NCBI RefSeq assembly: GCF_006345805.1
Contig: NC_042998.1
Location: forward strand, 56,172,001-56,236,000
Reading direction: 5' to 3'
DNA: 64,000 bases
Source: Octopus sinensis
Taxonomy: Eukaryota
Shown: positions 11,249 through 24,059 of the stretch, piece by piece
Layout of the letters: each line of letters opens with the position of its first letter
Numbering within the stretch: position 1 is the first letter of the stretch
Position numbers and translations under genes: made by a program
The notes under the pieces: generated by a model
What the model saw: the letters and a program-made list of their open reading frames with translations, nothing else
The model's database searches: none
Told to the model about the DNA's origin: nothing

Positions 11249-11480
11249 ATATGTTTGTATGTATGTGTGCGTATATGTTTGTGTGTCTGTGTTTGTCCCC
11301 CAACATCGCTTGACAACCGATGCTGGTGTGTTTATGTTCCCGTAAGTTAGCGGTTCGGCAAAAGAGGTTACTAGGGTTACAAAGAATAAGTCCTGGGATC
11401 GAGTTCTTCGACTAAAGGCGGTGCTCCAGCATGGCCGCAGTCAAATGACTGAAACAAGTAAAAGAGTAAAGAGTAAAGAG
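10985..11480 (+). mobile_element. tRNA-derived SINE family A with internal (TA)n
   Basis: Head ggagtggctgtgtggtaag...ggttcagtccc (A/B-box-like), internal microsatellite, tail gctccagcatggccgcagtcaaatgactgaaacaagtaaaagag; many copies in window. Confidence 0.9.
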
Positions 11481-11580
11481 ATATATAGGAATTAAATGCA
11501 GCGCTAGTGTTGTAAACATTATCGATCATACATACACAATGTACGAGTTCGCTTGTATGAATTTGCTTGTTCGTCTGTAG

Positions 11581-11652
11581 ACTACTATTTGACATGGTGG
11601 AAATGACTCTCTCTAAGCGCCGGGTGTTCAAATACCTGAAAGTTATAGACAG
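11581..11652 (+). CDS. Candidate coding exon of an unidentified host gene (LLFDMVEMTLSKRRVFKYLKVID)
   Basis: Acceptor ttgcttgttcgtctgtag, donor AG|GTGAGA, 72 nt, only one open frame, non-repetitive. Confidence 0.4.
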
Positions 11653-12393
11653 GTGAGACAAGTTACCCCAAATCCCACTCAGGTACGATGAACATCGATG
11701 TTTCACCGTTTTTGTGGCTTATCAATTTTATGTACCTGAACCGAACCAAAGGCGAATTTAATAGCCTAGCCATGGCTATATGTAAAATGGTGTAAATATG
11801 TACTGGTTTTTAATTTTTTAAGTTTTTAATTTTTTAATCTTTTAATTAGCTAACTCTATTATTCTTAGTAGTTAGTAGATTATTTGTTTGATTAACTTTA
11901 CATGTAGTTTAGACGGTAATGGCAATTGTCGTTATCAAATATTTATATATTGTGAATTGTTATTTTAATCAACGCTGAAGCTGGATTTTATATCTCGATA
12001 TTATAATTCTGAAATGCGAAAAGTTTGTCTGGTTTTGTCATTGGAACGGGTTAAAGGCCACTAGATCCCGTCGGATTGACTCCAAAATTTACAGGGACAT
12101 GTAAAATGAGGCGTGGATAAGAGTGGACTATGTTAGAAATCCCTATCTTAAAAAGATGTCGTTGCTAGGGCGAAAAACGCACACTTTGACACGTCTACTC
12201 TCATTCTTTTATCTGCCTGCCTTCCTCCATCTCTCTCTCTCTTTCCTCCCTTCCTTTCACATTCTCTCTATAACGTCGTTTGATAGCGTCTACTATCTTT
12301 CCTCCGCCGCTTTCAATATTTTTACGCTTTTTTAACCCTTCGTCGTTATTCTCATTCACTCATTATTACTTTCTCTCTCCCCCTCTCTCTCTA

Positions 12394-12890
12394 TCTATAT
12401 ATAGAGAGAAAGATTCTCATGATTGTGTGGTGGTAGTGGTGGCGATGATAAATCTCTCTATGAATGCAGACAGACGTAGAGTGAGAGAGAGGAGAGAGAG
12501 TGTGACAGCGCTGGCGAAGGCTGCGGCGGAGGAAAGATAGTAGACGCTATCAAACGACGTTATATAGAGAAAGTGAAAGGAAGGGAGAAAGTAATAATGA
12601 GTGAATGAGAATAACGACGAAGGGGTTAAAAAGCGTGAAAATATTTTCTTTCTCAACTTACTCAAGATCTTTTGTTATTTATAAATGGGAGAGAGAGAGA
12701 TAGAGAAAGATAGAGAGTAAGAGAAAGCGAGGGAAAGTCCGAGAGAAATGAAGAGTAAGAGAGTGGGAAAGTGAGAGAGAAAGGAGAGAGAAACAAAGAG
12801 AGAGAATGTGGCGATAAGAAACAGAAAGGAAGCAATAGAAAGTAACAACCACAACCTCACCCGCGCGTAGAGCGGGTCACCTTAAGCTAG
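12394..12890 (+). mobile_element. Non-autonomous Helitron-like element
   Basis: 5' A|TC start (tctatatatag), 3' hairpin acccgc-gcgtaga-gcgggt (12859-12877) then CTAG|T at 12887-12891. Confidence 0.65.
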
Positions 12891-13199
12891 TATATATATT
12901 CTGGCTTTGAATGGCCTGGCGTTCAGTAATTTCCTTCTATCATAATTTAATTCTTTGTTCCTGTCTGAGCTATTAAAGGTCTTTATATTTTCTTGTTGGT
13001 CGAACCTATTCATTCCAATAATGAATTCCTGAAGAAAAGCCTAATTTTGATTCCAAAAGGATTATTTTTTCTTTCGTTTTTTTTTTTTTTCGTTTTGTTT
13101 TGGGAATTAGGCTTGGAAACAATTACTAGAATCTTTGTTCGATTTGTACCAACTTTTGGTTAAAAGATCGTCTACGCCTATATATTTTTCTTTCCTTAA

Positions 13200-13293
<94 letters not shown>

Positions 13294-13294
13294 T

Positions 13295-13880
13295 GCTTGT
13301 CCGTCGTTGTCAACGATAACCAAGGATATCGTACAGGAAAAGAAGACGAGTCACGCTATGTCCATCTGTGGCCGATCAGTCTGATACATTCACGGAAGGC
13401 TCTGCCACAAGTCGGCCACTGGTGGTCTGCTGGGTCTGAAGGCAAGGAGTTGGCTCTAGACTTGCGCAGTACACGTTTTCTTTGTGATCCTGTTCTGTTC
13501 GTAGGAGTTGGCGCCTCTATTGATGCAGTTTCGCTAGGCAGGGCGGTCGTGTGCTTGCATTTGTCAAGTGTCGGGGTTGATCCAAAGCACTTCAGTGAAG
13601 CTTCCAGTGTACCCTTGAAGAGCTTTTACTGTCCATCTTGCGTGCGCTTGCCTTTTACCAGTTCGCTGTAAAACAATCTTTTGGGGTGTCGTGTATCAGA
13701 CATTCAAGCAAGGTGACCTACCCATTTGATCTGCGCTCTCCTTAGCAGATTAGCTCGAGAGGACCTCCGTGTCAGGGACCTTGACTTGCCAGGTGATTTT
13801 CGGCAGCTTTTTCAGGCAGTTCATGTGAAAGCAGTTTAGCCTTTTGGCGTGGTGTTCTTAAACCGTCCACGTTTCGCAGG
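13295..13880 (-). mobile_element. RTE (BovB-like) LINE 3' fragment
   Basis: Minus remnants FHMNCLKKL..ITWQ, RMSDTRHPKRLFYSELVKGKR, terminal PTCGRAF..IG..H C2H2-like motif. Confidence 0.85.
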
Positions 13881-13884
13881 CATA

Positions 13885-14032
13885 CAGTAGTGTATGCCGG
13901 ACAAATTCATTAGTATGGTCCGTCGGTTTCACAACGGCACGCTTGCTCGGGTGCTGGACAGTGAAGATTTTTCCGGCGCATTCCTAGTCACTAACGGAGT
14001 CAAGCAGGGCTGTATATTCGCACCCTCGCTGT
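13885..14032 (+). mobile_element. RTE reverse-transcriptase fragment, inverted relative to the adjacent 3' part
   Basis: PDKFISMVRRFHNGTLARVLDSEDFSGAFLVTNGVKQGCIFAPSL (GVKQG RT motif). Confidence 0.85.
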
Positions 14033-14082
14033 ATGTATATGAACGTGTGTGTATGTATGTATATGTGTGTGTGTGTGTGTGT

Positions 14083-14134
<52 letters not shown>

Positions 14135-14170
14135 CTTTTTGTTTTATCATCTTCGTTGTCACATCTTCAG

Positions 14171-14232
14171 ATTGAAGTAACGTATGGTACTGTCTCTGTT
14201 TCGAGTAGACAAGAAAAATGTGATTGCTGTAG
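14171..14232 (+). CDS. Candidate coding exon (IEVTYGTVSVSSRQEKCDCC)
   Basis: Acceptor atcttcgttgtcacatcttcag, donor AG|GTATTA, open frame. Confidence 0.3.
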
Positions 14233-14659
14233 GTATTATCATGGAAAGTTTCTTTCTTCTTTCTTTCTTTCTTTCTTTCTTTCTTCTTTCTTTCTTTCTT
14301 TCTTGTTATTGAATGTTTGGAATTTCAATGGGACCATGTCAATATTTTTGTTGTTTTGCTCCCAAAGAGAGTAGGCATGTGATCAGAAACGTTTCAGCTA
14401 TGATTATCCCTATCCCTCTGTTGAGTATTGAATATCTTAGACTACATCAGCCCCTTCATTTTCAAGTCAGTAGAGCGTGTTTTGAAGGAAATTTGGCTGT
14501 TACATATAACAGGTTGGGCAAAACTATGAACAGGTTCTCTTGGTGATTTGGAAAGTTCACAAGCATTCTGCACAACTTGGTTGTTTCGATAAAAATCATT
14601 CCATTGTTCATCGAAGCAATGCGATTGAGTACACATATGTGAAATATATAATATTGAAT

Positions 14660-15110
14660 GACTATATAGGATAACTACAGCCACCCGAAGAACTAGAAGA
14701 AGAGAAGGATTAGACATAGAACTAACCCACTCCAGCCCCTCCCTGAGAAGGCACCTAGCAAAGAAACGAGCAAAGGACAGCAATCAATGCGCACTAGCAA
14801 ACTGCCTCATCCGTGAGACAGATTTATGTCAACGAGTAAATGTTGTATATCGAATTCAATGTAACAAATGCTAGAATTTCTATGTGGGTAGCACAACAAG
14901 ACCATTACACATTCGCATCAAAGAACATCTGATCGCCCTCACGCACATCTCATGAAAGAATTCCGGAAGGAGCCTCGTGAGATTACTGCAGGGACGCTTC
15001 CGACAGATTTCAGTAACCGTTGGAAAACCGACTATATCAGTGACTCCATTACTTCCTAACAATATCTGAAGAAGGGATTTTTATATTCCGAAATATTATA
15101 TAAAATTATA
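14660..15110 (+). mobile_element. Penelope-like element fragment: GIY-YIG endonuclease and 3' end
   Basis: DLCQRVNVVYRIQCNKC*NFYVGSTTRPLHIRIKEHL at about 14820-14931; hammerhead-like motif at 15062-15101. Confidence 0.85.
15062..15101 (+). ncRNA. Minimal hammerhead-like motif of a PLE end
   Basis: ATAT-CTGAAGA-a-GGGA tttttata TTCC-GAAA-TAT-T-ATAT; weak AU-rich helices I and III. Confidence 0.45.
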
Positions 15111-15234
15111 AATAATTAAATTATTTATAACAGTTATTATAGTCCACTCTGCATTGTTGTGCCATTCCAGACACGTTACAGTTCACAAACAATACACAAT
15201 GCTTCCAGTGAACTACAATACCCTCCTTTCTTTT

Positions 15235-15575
15235 GTACTTGTGAAAGTCATTTGACTGCAGCCATGTAGAAGCACCACCTTAAGGACTTATTCTTTTAAA
15301 GTCTAGTACTTATTCTAACGGTCCTTTTACCGAACAGCTAAGTTACAGGGACGTAAACACACCAACATCGGTTGTCAAGCGATGGTGGTCGTGGTGGGAA
15401 CAAACACGCACATATATATACGACGGGCTTCTTTTAGATTCTGTCTACCAAATCCACTCACAAGGCTTTGGTTGGCCCGGCGCTATAGTAGATGACACTT
15501 GCCTAAGGTGCCACGCAGTGGGACTGAACCCAGAACCATGTACTTGGGAAGCAAGCTTCTTACAACACCGCCAGC
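15235..15575 (-). mobile_element. SINE family A
   Basis: Reverse complement of the family A head and tail. Confidence 0.85.
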
Positions 15576-16903
15576 TGACCATTTGTTGTTGAAGAGGCAT
15601 TAGTTCCCCCTTCTACTAATGACCAAGTGGTGGTGGTAAAGGACTAATGTTCGAATTCGGATAGAGGAGGCAATACAGAGGAGAAGAGATCGTTATAGTA
15701 CAGGTAGGGAAAAAAAGAAAGAAGATACTGCATATTTAGTATGCAGTTGGAACCGTGAACTTTTTTGTTGTGTAACTCAAATCAATACTGATTGAAAAAA
15801 TTAAATTGCTGGTAAATCTACTTCACGCCATACCATACTGTCATATATAAAGGATACATCGCACTTGTAGTCCTTTTATGTAAAAAAAAAGAGGTGATGT
15901 GCATAACTGGAGCATGAGTGATCATATGTCTTCTCGACTAGGAGCGGCCTGTGTCTATATAGACAACAAATGAAACTACAACGCAGTATTTAAGAGACCG
16001 CACCAGCCAATAAGAAACTATAAAAGGCAGAATTCAAAACCATTATTGCTTAATGATGGTTGAAATACTATTGAATACTAACGGAAGCCGATGGAAATCT
16101 TCGATATAATTGCAACGAATAAGGCATTTGACTAAATGACGTAATTTAGTTCAATAAAAACTAAAAGTAAAAAAAAAAATGAAACAAGAGAAAAGAAGCT
16201 AAATTTTAAAAAAAGAGCAAAACATCCTTTTTTTTTTACATAGAAATATATTAACATAAAAACTGAATATTCAGTTGTATGTTGCATATAAAAGAGATTC
16301 CCAAACTTAAAGAACACATTTCTCTATGAATTGCAACTAACCTGCTTTTCTATATGATATAGAAAATGTAAACTGATTGATCTCTGAAATCAGTGACCTG
16401 AGCTAGCGAACAAATCGATAATAAGATGAATACACGATTTTGTATATGATCATTTTGTTCTGAAAACTAAAGTACTAGCACAACCTGATCCAATGAAAAT
16501 CCTTCCAGATTTCAATATTACAATCTTGAGAAGCTCTTTGGAACTGAGGGCTGATTTCCCTTATTTTAAAAGTCTCATCTCAGCTATTACAGAGCAGTTT
16601 GAACAAGAACATCGCAAAAGGGTCTGTACCAGAATTTGGTCGGCCTTGTGCCAAAATTTGAAACCATTATTAATTCAACTCAAAGAGGGATATGGAAAAC
16701 AGGATTTGCGCTTGTCTTGTTGCTTTTGGAAGACTACCCTACCACATTTTTCAGAAGCAAAAACTTTAAACAAGAAACCAAACATACGGTGTTCAAGCCG
16801 TTTTTGTTTGATCCTTATGTGAAATACGAGGCCTGTAACACCGAGATTCAAGAAACATGAACGCTTTCATCAGCAGGAATTTCGACCAATCATAAACACC
16901 AAA

Positions 16904-17314
16904 AGGGCGGCGAGCTGGCAGAATCGTTAGCACGTTGGGTGAAATGCTTAGCGGTATTTCGTCTGCCGTTACATTCTGAGTTCAAATTCCGCCGAGGTCG
17001 ACTTTGCCTTTCATCTTTTCGGGGTCGATTAAATAAGTTACGCACTGGGGGCGATATAATCGACTTAATCCGTTTGTCTGTCCTTGTTTGTCCTCTCTGT
17101 GTTTAGCCCCTTGTGGGTAGTAAAGAAATAGGTATTTCGTCTGCCGTTACGTTCTGAGTTCAAATTCCGCCGAGGCCGACTTTGCCTTTCATCATTTCGG
17201 GGTCGATAAATTAAGTACCAGTTACGTACTGGGGTCGATGTAATCGACTTAATCCGTTTGCCTGTCCTCGTTTGTCCCCTCTATGTTTCGCCCCCTATGG
17301 GCAATAAAGAAATA
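16904..17314 (+). mobile_element. tRNA-derived SINE family B, head-to-tail dimer
   Basis: ggcggcgagctggcagaatcgttagc...gagttcaaattcc; second 5'-truncated unit from about 17131; 16-bp TSD aatcataaacaccaaa at 16888-16903 and 17315-17330. Confidence 0.9.
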
Positions 17315-17632
17315 AATCATAAACACCAAATAAAAGGATTACGTAATGAACTTTGCAAACTCTGAGAAAATTCGAACTAACACCACTGAAGGCACATCAT
17401 AAAGCATCGGTTGAGATGTACGAGGTATTTGAGTCGTATGACTAACTGCCGGATCCTTTACCGCGAACACATCATGCAGCTGTTTTGTGCGACTCAGACT
17501 GTGAACTGTGAACAAGACTAAAATCAACTCGAACTCTAGCGTCAGACCATCTCAGCTATTACAGAGCAGTTTGAACAAGAACATCGCAGAAATGAAGGCT
17601 GCAAAACGGCTGACCTTGTGCCAAAATTTGAA

Positions 17633-17677
<45 letters not shown>

Positions 17678-17689
17678 GCTACTACTATT

Positions 17690-17908
17690 AAGGCGGCGAG
17701 CTGGCAGAATTGTTAGACGCTGGATGAAATGCTTAGCGATATTTCGCTCGTCGCTACGTTCTGAGTTCAAATTCCGCCGAGGTCAACTTTGCCTTTCATC
17801 CTTTAGGGGTCGAAAAATGAAGTACCAGTTGCGTAGTGGGGTCGATCTAATCAACTGGCTCGCCTTTCCCCAAATTTCATGCCTTGTGCCTATAGTAGAA
17901 AGGATTAA

Positions 17909-17966
<58 letters not shown>

Positions 17967-18185
17967 GAAGCGGTGAGCTGGCAGAATTGTTAGCACGCTG
18001 GACGAAATGCTGAGCGGTATTTCACCGGTCGCTACGTTTTGAGTTCAAGTTCCGCCGAGGTAGACTTTGCCTTTCATACTTCCGGGGTCAATAAATTAAG
18101 TACCAGTGAAACATTGGGATCTTTATATTAGACTAGTCCCCTACCCCCAAATTTCAGATCTTGTACCTATAGTAGAAAGGATCAT
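17690..18185 (+). mobile_element. Two consecutive SINE family B copies separated by (ATT)n
   Basis: Heads at about 17692 and 17970 with the same body and ttgtgcctatagtagaaagg-type tails. Confidence 0.85.
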
Positions 18186-18189
18186 TATT

Positions 18190-18722
18190 ATTATTGAGTG
18201 AGTGAGCAGTGCATGCCACCAAAGTGACACTGGGGTAAAATATACGAAGCCCAGTATACCCATCATGAATAACTGTCCGATAAGCATCACAACCATATGT
18301 GCACGACATGATGATCTCATATCAAGATAAACAGCGCATGACCTCGCAGGTGGTGCCCAGTTAGAATTTTCTTTAGGTCGAGTAGCCCATCGCACTCAAG
18401 AGATCCTTGAATAAGGGTTGTTTAAGGATGATGAACGAAATACCCATCTTTCCAGAGGTGAATTATTCAAACCGCAAAGAATCCCTCTCACTACATGGCT
18501 ATGATGCTCCCCAACTACTTCCGCTCGTGATCAGAGATACACGTACTGTCAGCTACCAAAAAGACATACTCAACTGGTTATGGTCAAACAACTGACAACT
18601 AAGTCTATGATGAGCAGAATATTTGCTGTAGCCCATCTTTTATACCAAGACAAAACAATATACATGATAACACTTCCGATCAGTTAAGATCGGAGGCCAT
18701 GAGAGCCAGTGCCTGGTACTGT
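18190..18722 (-). mobile_element. ~550-bp non-coding interspersed element flanked by trinucleotide repeats
   Basis: Highly similar to 58190-58750; abuts (ATT)n; no ORF. Confidence 0.75.
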
Positions 18723-18849
18723 ATTATGGAAAATCATCATCACGTTTTACCTTCGCAACAATATTTTGCATAACAGGTGAGGTACCATGCAACTAAAAAA
18801 CTAATATCTGTGTAAAAAAAAAAATCTCTTTATAAAATGTATAACACAA

Positions 18850-21800
18850 TAAGACTGGATTTACCTGGAGAGGGATTTACATAAAATATGTGAGGTGACC
18901 ATAAGTATGATTCTTTGCAATTCACTTATTTTAGGACTTCCAGGAAATTGGTCTGCATATTTATTTGCTCTTTTTGACATCATTCCAAGTCCTCCAGCAG
19001 CAATAGGTAATGTTGTTGCTTTAAGATGCCATATTGTTCTGATTTCTATTTCCAAGTCCTTATACTTGTTCAATTTTTAAAGCATTTTCAGAGATGTGTT
19101 TTTGTCAGCTAAGACTACAACATCAATAGAAGACAAATCTTTTCAATATAATTTTTCATGATGATATCTGGACAGTTAAGCTGAATTTCCTGATCAGTTT
19201 GAACACTGAAACTTCCAAAGGATAGTAACTTCAGTACTCTGGACGACTTGTAGTGGTTTGTGTTCCCATCAATTGTCTTTGTGATGGAGGGTGCATGTGC
19301 GACATATTGACCAATGTATGTACTGATCTACCCTGCCTTGTGTTTGCAAGTATTCTATTGGTGCCAGTCGGACGCATTCAGATATTATGTCGGCGATTGT
19401 CTCTTGATGTTCGTACACCTGGAACGATGAGCTGCTTTCAAGTTTCAAGACATTACTCTGGTAATTCCGAAATAGAATACACGGACCCTTGCATCAATAA
19501 TATACCTCACAGTTTCCGGCTTGAGACCAGAACGCCATCCCCTGATTTGAAGCCCCCCCCCCAAAAAAAAACGCAAAGCACTTTTTCCAAAAAGCATTTT
19601 CTTTTTCTCTTCAAAATTGTTGGCCTTGTGCTTAAATCAGAAATCTTTAACTCATATGTGCCCCCAAGATCCAGTTCTTGTATAGTATTGTCTTGGTCAA
19701 GTTTGATGGGTGATATTGTAATGAGCCTTGCTCTTTTGAAAGTTGTTTTTGCATACTTATCAAGTTGACATTTCAATATCGTTCCTAAACTGCTTTACCA
19801 TAGTTAAAACGCCCTCTAACTCCTGGTCATTCTTAGCCCTCTAACTCCTGGTCATTTCAGATCATCTATAAAGAATAAGCGATTGATTTTGCTATTGTTT
19901 GTTAGTTTATATCTGAGCCCTGTGTTCACGAGAAAGTAAGAAGAGTGCCAAACAGAACAAGAGCAGTGAAAGAGAATCTCCCTTGAAAATTTCCCTAGAA
20001 ATCTGTTGTCTATTTCTTCATACCATATCGAAGAAAGAGATTACTGGAGAGATCTTGTACATTTCTGGGGCTTTCAAAATGCACTCATGCGAAACACGGT
20101 TGTAAGATTTCCAGCAATCAATCCATTTGGTGCTTATCTTATTCTTTGTACGACAATTTTCTCGTATAATTTTGTTAAACATCAGTTGGTCTTTAGATCC
20201 ATATGAGTTTCGTTTTCTCCCGTTTTTCTGGTGGAACGATGGTATTTTTTTTTCAAGAAAAGTGTACATTCTTTCAATAATTATTGAAGTCAGAATTTTG
20301 TAAGTTGTGATAATGTAATGAGTCTATAGTTTTTTTCTTGTTTCTGGTATTTTCGGCAGGAGGTAAGTTGTATCTTCTGTCAACCACTTGCGAACTTTCA
20401 CGCGACTTTGTATTAGTGTATTTAACCAATGATTCGGGATTTGATCTATTCCTGACAACTTCTGTTTATGGGTTTTGCTAAAGGCTTGCCTTAGCACTGC
20501 CACTTTAAACATTACCCATTGTGGTTCCACATCTTTCACTATTTCAGTTTCCCTGTCAATCCAACTTGCTTCCTTGAATAACTCTTTTGAGTTATTCCAG
20601 ATGTTCTTCCGAAATTCTTCAATTTTATTCGTATTAGCTGAATAATTTATTTCAATTGGTTGTTCCTCCATTTTTCTATAAAATTTCTTTGCGCCAAATT
20701 GAAAATTTTATCCTGTCAAAAGAATTTACTTATTTCATATATTCTAATCCATTGTACTTTGATTTGTATGTGCTGTTTCAGGGAATCTTTGGTCGTAAGA
20801 AGACTTTTGCTTTTCCAGTTTTATTTTTATTCTCTTCGGTAGCTTGTCAACAATCAAAAATTCTCCTCTCCGATGTTTAATTTCTTTTATATTTCCATTT
20901 TCTACTTTGGTTGTTTGTTGACATGCTTGTTATTTTTCTTTATTTTAGGCCAAGTTTGGTTGTTCAAAACCTTTGCTGTAGAATTCACAAGATAATCGTT
21001 GGTAGATAAATCAGTAGTTCTTGTATGCTTGTTTCTTATTGTTTTGAAATTTTAGCAATAATGCTATCCCTCATTTCAGTACATAAGATTACACTGAATT
21101 TTTTACGATATCTTCCTTGTCTCCTTCAACTTCTTATGTTCTTTAAGAAGTGTTACCTTCATTAATGAAGTGTTATATTCGTTATCTTCATTTTCGGAGA
21201 CCTGACTGTTATATTCTTCATTGCATTCGTAGTTCCTGATCTCATTTACTCACTGGTTGCTTTCTTATTGAGTCATGCTATATACATCTACTACAGGTAC
21301 TTCTAGCAGTGTTTGTTTCACCTCGTAAGACTTGCTCATGCGCTTGGGATGGTTTGAGCTCTTATTACATCCAGTTCAGTTTGTGTGAGACTTCTTTCTC
21401 TGTATATCTCTGCATGTGTTACCTCTCTTATTCGAGTTCATATCTAATTGTGAGTTTCCTCCTACTTTGTTTCTCCATTAGGTAAATATTTGTTCAATGA
21501 TATTACCGTGTGATTAATTCATTACTGTGTAAAAGGCATTCAATACTTCCTTGTAACCCTCTGGTTTGAATTTTGATTTCAGGTGTTATTTTGTAGTGAT
21601 GTTCTAACGCTTCAGTGTTGGTTTTTTCTACTTTTGAATACCGTTTAGATTATCATTTTGGCAGTTTGCTCCAGAAGTTCATTTTTCGATTCCATCCTGG
21701 CGCAGCATTGCATGATGTGCCCTTTGATAAACCATGCAACAAACGACGCTGTATGATTTGTGTGATTTAGACATTTATATATTTAGATTATCCTCACTAG
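18850..21800 (-). mobile_element. Near full-length but decayed R4/Dong-like LINE
   Basis: N-terminal YKEVLNAFY region, WIDCWKSYNRVSH, LDKYAKTTFKRARL, C-terminal restriction-like endonuclease KYKDLEIEIRTIWHLK..GGLG. Confidence 0.85.
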
Positions 21801-22018
21801 GGAGGGATGTTGTTAATGCCAGCTCAATAGATGGAGTTATATTTTCTTTTACCTTTTACTTGGAGGGTGTTAGTCGAATAAATCGACCCTAGGACTTATT
21901 CTTTGAAGTATAGTACTTTCTTCTATCGGTCTCTTTTTCTCAAACAGCTAAGTTACGGAGACGTAAACACACCAGCACCTATTGTAAAGCAGTGCTGGAG
22001 GACAAACACACACACATA

Positions 22019-22227
<209 letters not shown>

Positions 22228-22228
22228 A

Positions 22229-22275
<47 letters not shown>

Positions 22276-24059
22276 TACCTGGTGTACCCAGTAATTCCCG
22301 GGGGTAAAGATGTTCTATTGAAACGCCTTATTACTCTGATATAAGAAATCAATTTCGTTAGAACTGCCACAAAAGGTGTATTTTCGTCGCGAAAAAGTAG
22401 AAAAAACTGTTTGCTGGAGGAGGGAGAGATTGATGGATGTTGGCGAGATAGGTTTATTAAAGGTAATATATAAATGTAGTATATATGTATATAAATATAT
22501 GAATGAAGTGTTTAATGTTTAAAAATGAAATGAAGAAAGTGCAATAATAACATTCACATTCACTGATTGTCGCTATCAGTAACTATCTTTAGCTTACGGA
22601 GTTCTTGCTTTTATAACTGTCGAAAATCAGCCAGAAGGATAGACATATTGTTGAGAACAAATGATTTCGTTGGAGGTCTATTATCTTCATTCCAGCCCCT
22701 GGTGGCCTAGAAAAGGCTAGAAGGATCAAGTGGCAACAACATTATTCTGCTTAGCGAAGGCAACTGGGAAATGTATAACTGCTGTCTATCACAGAAAAAC
22801 TATTGTTTTATCGTGAGAAAAGCTCTGTTGAAGTGTTAAGTGAAATTTGGCAATCGAGGATCGAATCCACGCCATGTCTGCATGAAGCCACTACAAATAC
22901 GTTGTGGAATAAAAAATTTATCTATAGTCATGGAAAAAATGTAACTGTAAAAATGCAGAATTATCGGAGTAATGGGCATTCAAAAAATATGTATTTATAG
23001 AAATGTATGAATGAAGTCTTTAAGGTTTAAGATTCAAATCAGGGAAGTGTAATAATAATGTTTAGCAGTTCAAAACTGAGTAGTGAAATGCAGAATTAGG
23101 TTAGCTGATCGTGAGAACCAAATATTGAGCGCATCGCTAAAAACTGCAGGTGGTATGTGTTATTTCTCTAGGGTTGTTTAAATAAAATGTTAGTAATGTA
23201 GTAGATAAAAGGATCCATTGGAGGGGCCTTTTATCGATTTTTTTCAACAATCTATGTCACGAGGTTTCCATACATGAGTTCTACTCACGCCTCAAATAAA
23301 GTATAAAAGTGATATTTTCTGCAAAAATTAGAAACTGGACACACACACACACACAAATCAATATTCAAAGTAATCGAACATAAACAACGAAACCTGTAAA
23401 ATATTTCTAAATTCGATGGCTCAATTAGTTTCATGAACATTTTGTATGGACTGTAAATAAGCGATAAATATAATGATTTGTAAAATAAGTATAAGCGATA
23501 CAGGGTGTCCAAACTGAATGTGATGTGGAAGTTTGGCTTCAGTTTTTAAGCATTCAAAGTATGAGTTCATTGTATTGGGACACACTTATTAAATATGTTC
23601 TGGAATCAAAAATTTATGTACCTTCATTGGAAACGTTTAATTGGAAAAATGCAGAATTATTGGAGTTATGGGCGTTGAAAGTGTACATGCAACAAGAAAG
23701 TGCAATAATAAGGTTTAGCCGTTGAAAACTGTGAGTAGTGAAATGCAGAATTAGATCCGCTGATCGTGAGAATCAAATATTGATCGCTTTGCTAAAAACT
23801 AATTACTGTAAGTGCAGGTGGTATGGATTATTTGCCTTGGTTGCTTAAAAAAATTAGTTATATGAGGTAGATATAAAGATCCCTTCCAGGGGCAGTATTA
23901 TCGATTTTTTCAATAATGCTGGAGGAGTTAGCTAACAACGCCACAAACAAACCCACACCGATTTATTTTCCACATATGTAGTATATATATATATATATAT
24001 ATACAACAGACTTCTTTCAGTTTCCTTCTACCATATATATAGCAAGTATGCTATATATA

